Origin: Octopus sinensis
Taxonomy: Eukaryota
DNA: 16,677 nt
Assembly (NCBI RefSeq): GCF_006345805.1
Contig: NW_021825012.1
Location: 1 to 16,677, forward strand
Direction: 5' to 3'
In this document: positions 11,332-16,677 of the stretch, one piece after another
Numbering within the stretch: position 1 is the first letter of the stretch
Layout of the letters: each line of letters opens with the position of its first letter
Program-made: the position numbers and the translations under genes
The notes under the pieces: model-generated
The model's input: only the letters and a program-made list of their open reading frames with translations
The model's database searches: none
What the model was told of the DNA's origin: nothing

Positions 11332-11467
11332 TATCGCTACCAAAGTTTTCCCAAATCACATGACTTCTTAGATCGCAATCGGTATTCCTGGGATGATTGC
11401 AGTATAGTTCGTAGTATCCGCGGGCATCCGGTTGAATATCTTCATTGATTCATTTCTTCAGGCGATA
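11332..11467 (-). ncRNA. Hammerhead-like motif with a ~100-nt extended stem II
   Basis: Minus strand reads tatcgc-CTGAAGA-(~100 nt, partly self-complementary: aatcaatga...tcatgtgatt)-GAAAAC-tttg-GTA-gcgata. Stem I is a perfect 6 bp in the correct register. The GAAA box has an extra A and the stem II base is unpaired. Confidence 0.4.
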
Positions 11468-11673
11468 TAACATTAGTAGATGAACCACAAAGAGATGTTG
11501 TTCTCTTTTTACCAGTATGAAGGTCAAGCGATATATATATCTATATATATATATATATACACACATATATATATGTATACATATATAGACATATATACAT
11601 ATACATATATATGCATATATATATTTATATATACACACATATATGTGTGTGTATATGTACACACATACATATC

Positions 11674-12429
11674 AGAATAATATAACAGAAGGATGGAAAA
11701 TACCAGGTTTTAACAGCAAATCACAACATTTGTTTCTGCATCGGACACCAGCATTAAGTTGCCGTGTTTAGATTTATATATCACTAGCAGTATCGCCCGG
11801 CGTTGCTCGGGTTTGTAAGGGAAATAACTATATAAGCATTTTTAGAGAGTTATAGCCAAAAAATAGCAAAAAAATGCATTAAAAATGGAAAAAAAATTGA
11901 TGGTAAATTTTTTTTTAAATCGTTGACTCATCGTAGACATCTTTAGAGAGTTACTTCCCTTATATAATAGCGAAAAATGCATTAAAATGGAAAATAATGA
12001 TGGTAATTTTTTTTTTAATCGTAGACTCATCGTAGACGCGCGCTAATACCCAGAAGGGCTCGATATGAATCACGACTATAAGATACCCGGTTTTGGTTAA
12101 ACTGCACCGCAAAATGTGAGAGTAGTTAGGAATCTAAATCGTAGGAGACAGACACACAACTTCACTTTTATATATAAAGATTATATAAGATAACTCCTTA
12201 GAGTTACAATATAATTAAATATTTTTCAGCAACAGTTTTGTGTGAGTGCTTCCTCAGATGTAAATTCGATCAAGGCCTCTCAGATTTTGGGGAATTTCCT
12301 CGGAAATGCGATGTCTTATATAATGGTATATAATATAAACTCAAACAATTGAAGCTAGTGTCCAGTGCAGAAACAAATGTTGCGATTTGCTCTTAAAGAC
12401 TGATACTTTTCATCCTCGTGTTATATTAT

Positions 12430-12432
<3 letters not shown>
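11674..12432. repeat. Diverged fold-back palindrome (left arm 11674-11783 + 12181-12190, right arm 12314-12432) between TA/CA microsatellites
   Basis: agaataatataac...gcaaatcacaacatttgtttctgca..ggacaccagc is the reverse complement of gctagtgtcc..tgcagaaacaaatgttgcgatttgc...gttatattattct. The left arm is split by a Helitron. Confidence 0.85.
11784..12180 (-). mobile_element. Non-autonomous Helitron, 397 bp
   Basis: The minus strand starts TC (12180) and ends CTAG (11784), with a subterminal hairpin cccg...cggg (11796-11811). It is inserted between A and T with no TSD, and excising it restores the palindrome arm. It has an internal ~100-bp tandem duplication (11840-11938, 11942-12037). Confidence 0.88.

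Positions 12433-12472
<40 letters not shown>
12433..12472. repeat. (CA)n microsatellite
   Basis: Directly visible. Confidence 0.95.
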
Positions 12473-12474
<2 letters not shown>

Positions 12475-13354
12475 AAATATGTTTACAAGGTTAGTCGTGC
12501 GTTTTTGAATCTCGAACCCATCAGACAGCATTCAGATGAACTCGTCGATATTCGAAAGGATCGTGGCCAGGCCCTGTAAGTGCCATCATCTAATTAAACT
12601 CATACTCCACCTTGAAATATGCTATTGAGTACACGAACTTAAAATATGAATCTTCTAGATTTTAGAAAGATTATTTACCTACATATAAATTGAATGACTG
12701 GAGGTCGTTCCAAATTCACTTACCTACTAATTTCACATCATATTCTGAAGGTTTCTTGTCTTTAAAACTGCTCAAATTTTAAAGTAGAAAATGGCCACCG
12801 TCCTCATATTGTTGTAGCGTAATCTCACAACTCCATTCCCATCCTTTAATGAAGTCTACTGTTTCACATGATAAATTCCTTTGCTTATTATTGTCTCGTC
12901 GAAGTTGAGACTACATTTAGAATTTCCTCACCCCATGATTTCCAACAAGCATTGATTTCTTGACTTCAAGTCGAATACCATTTAGATTCATCTCATCCTT
13001 ACGACAGGTGGTTCTAGTTAGTGAGACTCAACGAATATAATGTAATGTTGCAAATAATATCAAAAAACCGCACGGAGAATATTTCGCTATCATGTTAAAT
13101 ATGATATTGTTATCAAGTCAAACAGGTGTTATTGTTGCAACTAGAATTTCACCATGAAGGCAAACAAAGTTATCTGTTTAAGAGCTATGATTTATTTTTT
13201 CCTCGAGTAATTCACTTGGTCTGTGTTAGACAAGGGGGTAGTCAGGTTTCAACAACATCTTGGAAGAATGAAGATTTCTTTTTTTCATTATAGAACATTT
13301 CGCAATTAACACACACACGCATACACACAAACACCTCTACACACACATATGAAA

Positions 13355-13574
13355 ACGATGGGATTGCCTCAGTTTCCGTCTTTACTCTTTTATTTCAGTC
13401 ATTTGACTGTGGCCATGGTGGAGCACTGCCTTTCGTCGAGCAAATCGACCCCAGGAGTTATTCTTTGTAAACCTAGTACTTATTCTATCGGTCTCTTTTG
13501 CCGAATCGCTAGGTTACGGGGACGCGAACACACCAGCATCGGTTGTCAAGTGATGTTGAGGGTACAAACACAGA

Positions 13575-13661
<87 letters not shown>

Positions 13662-14040
13662 CATATATACGACGGGCTTCTTTCAGTTTCCGTCTACCAA
13701 ATCCATTCACAAAGTTTTGGTCGGCCGAGGCTATAGTAGAAGACACTTGCCCAAGGTGCCAAGCAGTGGGACTGAACCCAGAACCGTGTTGTTGGTAAGC
13801 AAGCTACTTACCGCACAGCCACTCCTGCGCCTATCCAAATCCACTCGCCAAATCCACTCACAAGCATTTGGTCGACCCGAAGCGATAGTAGAAGATATTT
13901 GCTATAGTGCATTAGACTGGTTTAGTTTCACTATCTAGTACCACCTGTCATAATGACGAAATGAATCTAAATGGCATTCGACTTGAAGTCAGGAACCATG
14001 TGGTTGGAAAGAAAGCTTCTTACCACACATCCATACCTGC

Positions 14041-14044
<4 letters not shown>
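13355..14044 (-). mobile_element. Older SINE family 1 head fragmented by two insertions (13381-13833 and ~13903-13991)
   Basis: The pieces acgatggg..cagtttccgtct (13355-13381), ccaaatccactcacaagcatttggtcg...gaagatatttgc (13848-13902) and ggaaccatgtggttgg...taccacacatccatacctgcccct (13992-14044) are collinear with the intact head. Confidence 0.75.
13381..13833 (-). mobile_element. SINE family 1, full-length copy
   Basis: tRNA-like head 13668-13833, internal (TA)n(TG)n 13570-13668, 3' body 13393-13570 and a short aaaagagt tail. It is collinear with 15371-15815. Confidence 0.9.
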
Positions 14045-14076
<32 letters not shown>

Positions 14077-14118
14077 AGGCCGGCTAATGTTCGCAATTTT
14101 ACAACCAAAAGGCAAAAG

Positions 14119-14272
14119 TATATACGTTACTGAAGTGACTGAAGGATACTACTCGACGCCGACATTGCTGGAAATAAGAGTTAAAACTCTTGGGTATGAC
14201 TTGTTTTACTATTATTTCTAGCAATACTGGTGCTGACTAGTACCCCTCAGTCATTTTCATGATATGTATATA
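14119..14272. repeat. Diverged inverted repeat (arms 14119-14177 and 14212-14272) inside a (TA)n-flanked insert
   Basis: tgactgaaggatactactc...attgctggaaataa vs ttatttctagcaat...gactagtacccctcagtca. Confidence 0.75.
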
Positions 14273-14359
14273 TATATATATATATATATAAAAATATATA
14301 TATGACAGCAAAAGAATGAGACCTCGATATTACGCAATAAAGGAATTTATCTATAATAT

Positions 14360-14535
14360 ATAGTATGTGACAATTAGTTGGTTGGCATATATAAAACTCA
14401 GAGTTCGGATGCCGCGGCTGAAGTTCTCCTCCGGCATCTCATCAGATTTTAAGACGAGATGCCGGAGCAGACTTCAGCCCTGGCATCAGAAACTCTGTGT
14501 TTTTATGATGCAACCAGCTAATTGTCACATACTAT
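14360..14535. repeat. Fold-back palindrome (arms 14360-14440 and 14456-14535) carrying hammerhead core motifs
   Basis: atagtatgtgacaattagttggttg...ctccggcatctc pairs with gagatgccggag...caaccagctaattgtcacatactat. CTGATGA lies on the minus strand at 14445-14439 and GAAAC on the plus strand at 14489-14493. Stem II is GATGCC/GGCATC. Confidence 0.85.
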
Positions 14536-15001
14536 TTACATACATACATACATATATATTATATATATATATATATATAATATATTTGTATATATGTATA
14601 TATATATATTATGCATATATATTATGTATATATATATAATGTATATATATTATGTATATATATATATGATGTATATATATTATGTATATTATAATAATGG
14701 TATATATATATAAAAATATATAATGTATATAAAATCTATATAAATACTATATATATGTTATATAAATATAGAATTGTATATATGTATTTACATATATATT
14801 ATATATATTTAATATATAATATATTATATATATTATATATATAATAATATATTAGATATATATTATATATATTTTTTATTAAAAAATATTTAAATATATA
14901 TTATATATAAATATTATATAATATTATATAATTATATATATTTACATATTATATATATACAATATATACTTATATATATTATATATATGCTGTGTATATA
15001 T

Positions 15002-15092
<91 letters not shown>
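14536..15092. repeat. Long degenerate and perfect (TA)n array
   Basis: Directly visible. Confidence 0.95.
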
Positions 15093-15370
15093 AGAATTGA
15101 AGTCAAAATATCTCACCGATTACATATTTCCTCCGGAGGACACCGATGAGTTAGTAACGCAAGTAATATTAAATAACTCTCGATATACCGAAACTAACAG
15201 AATAATATCCTTTAGATAGTCATTCCCTCGAAAGCGGCCTTTTGTTGACAATTGAAACAATAAATAAGAGGGAAAAAATGAAAGCCCTTGCTTCCATTTG
15301 TAGTTAGGCATATTGAAAGTAATATAGCAGAAAAGAGCTGAAACAGATTACTTGATATACGTATTCAGAA

Positions 15371-15815
15371 TACTCTTTTACTCTCTTTTACTCTTTTACT
15401 TGTTTCAGTCATTTGACTGCGGCCATGCCGGAGCACCGCCTTTAGTCGAGCAAATCGACCCCGGGACTTATTCTTTGTAAGCGCAATACTTATTCTATCG
15501 GTCTCTTTTGCCGAACCGCTAAGTGACGGGGACGTAAACACACCAGCATCGGTTGTCAAGCAATGCTTAGGGAGACGACACACAAGCACATACACACACA
15601 TACATAAATATATATATATATATATATATAATATATATATTATATATATATACGACAGGCTTCTTTCAGTTTCCGTCTACCAAATCCACTCACAAGGCAT
15701 TGGTTGGCCCCGGGGCTATGCAAAGACACTTGCCCAAGATGCCACGCAGTGGGACTGAACCCGGAACCATGTGGTTGTTTAGCAAGCTACTTACCACACA
15801 GCCAATCCTGCGCCT
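15371..15815 (-). mobile_element. SINE family 1, full-length copy with (AAAAGAGT)n tail
   Basis: The minus strand shows A box TGGCTGTGTGG, B box GGTTCAGTCCC, a CTTGGGCAAGT core-like motif, internal (TA)n(TG)n, a conserved 3' body and a tandem tail at 15371-15400. Confidence 0.9.
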
Positions 15816-16087
15816 ATTACCTTTTTTTTTTTTTCATATAACCATTTATCAGCGTTTTATAACTCGCCTGGTTATCCCCTTTTATAAACAACTTTTCTTT
15901 TCATTTCCAAATAGCAAGATGAGTGTAGGGTGCTCTTACGTCTAGTTTGCCTAATATATTTACTTAGAGTTAATTTCGAGGCTGGGACAGTGTAAATGGA
16001 TATAATGAAATTTACCAAAATGCTGGTGGAGAACCGTCTTAATCATTTCTGTTTGGACGTTCAAACAGATGAATGCCAGAATAAATA

Positions 16088-16409
16088 AAGACTCCGTCGG
16101 TTGCGATGACGAGGGTCCCAGCTGATACGATCAACGGAACAGCCTGCTCGTGAAATTAACGTGCAAATGGCTGAGCATTCCCAGACACGTGTACCCTTAA
16201 CGTAGTTCTCGGGGATATCAGCGTGACCACAGAGAGTGACAAGGCTGACCTTTGAAATACAAGTACAACTCATTTTTGCCAGCTGAGTGGACTGAGCAAC
16301 GTGAAATAAAGTGTCTTGCTCAAGGACACAACGCGTCGCCGGGAATCGAACTCACAACCTTACGATCATGAGCCGAATGCCCTAACCACTAAGCCACACG
16401 CCCTCACCT
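16088..16409 (-). mobile_element. SINE family 3, full-length, tRNA-derived CORE-like, with 12-bp target-site duplication
   Basis: The minus strand shows A box TGGCTTAGTGG, B box GAGTTCGATTCC and a GTGTCCTTGAGCAAGACACTT core-like motif. The direct repeat ccagaataaata occurs at 16076-16087 and 16410-16421. Confidence 0.88.
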
Positions 16410-16569
16410 CCAGAATAAATAGCTTTCAGGTGTCAGTGTCATCAAATTGGTTCTCACAAGACCAGGAAGTTAGACGTTGGACGTAGTTTAGTTTCCAAAT
16501 CAAACATTGTAGCATACTTAAGCAAATTCAACGTCGTCCTCATTCCCCCGATCGTTCTCAACATAAATA

Positions 16570-16668
16570 CCACCACCACCACCGCCATCATCATAATCAT
16601 CATTATCATCCTCATCATCATCATCATCACCATTATCATCGTCATCACGTCGACCACAATGATAATCA
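16570..16668. repeat. Degenerate (ACC/ATC)n trinucleotide repeat
   Basis: Directly visible. Confidence 0.9.
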
Positions 16669-16677
16669 CTGTCCCAG

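Noticed and set aside
11840-12037. Two ~100-bp direct repeats considered as a CRISPR-like or satellite array
   Set aside because: There are only two units, no repeat-spacer pattern and no cas genes. It is an internal duplication of the Helitron.
15136-15212. CCGATGAG...GAAAC hammerhead-like words
   Set aside because: The stem (gagtta/taactc) closes about 10 nt before GAAAC, and there is no NUH or stem I in register.
16330-16409. tRNA-like sequences with A and B boxes (also 2600-2670, 13760-13833, 15740-15815, 3361-3450)
   Set aside because: These are SINE heads continuous with SINE bodies. I could not fold a proper cloverleaf, so they are not called tRNA genes.

Overview
AT-rich eukaryotic non-coding DNA saturated with microsatellites ((TA)n, (CA)n, (TACA)n, (TATC)n, (ATT)n, (CT)n). 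The repeat density and SINE types suggest an octopus/cephalopod genome (inference). Almost all supplied ORFs are microsatellite or SINE artefacts. Supported content: a full-length but dead ~1.27-kb mariner DNA transposon (9250-10521); three tRNA-derived SINE families, two copies with clear target-site duplications; a 397-bp non-autonomous Helitron; a decayed non-LTR reverse-transcriptase fragment; and one probable 105-bp internal coding exon. The most interesting signal is a recurring class of short inserts inside or next to microsatellites. Several are long fold-back palindromes, and most carry hammerhead-ribozyme core motifs (CUGAnGA ... GAAA ... NUH). One of these (2421-2471) retains the conserved core motifs. 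They resemble Penelope-like-element terminal repeats or non-coding retrozyme-type elements. All alignments and folds were done by eye.
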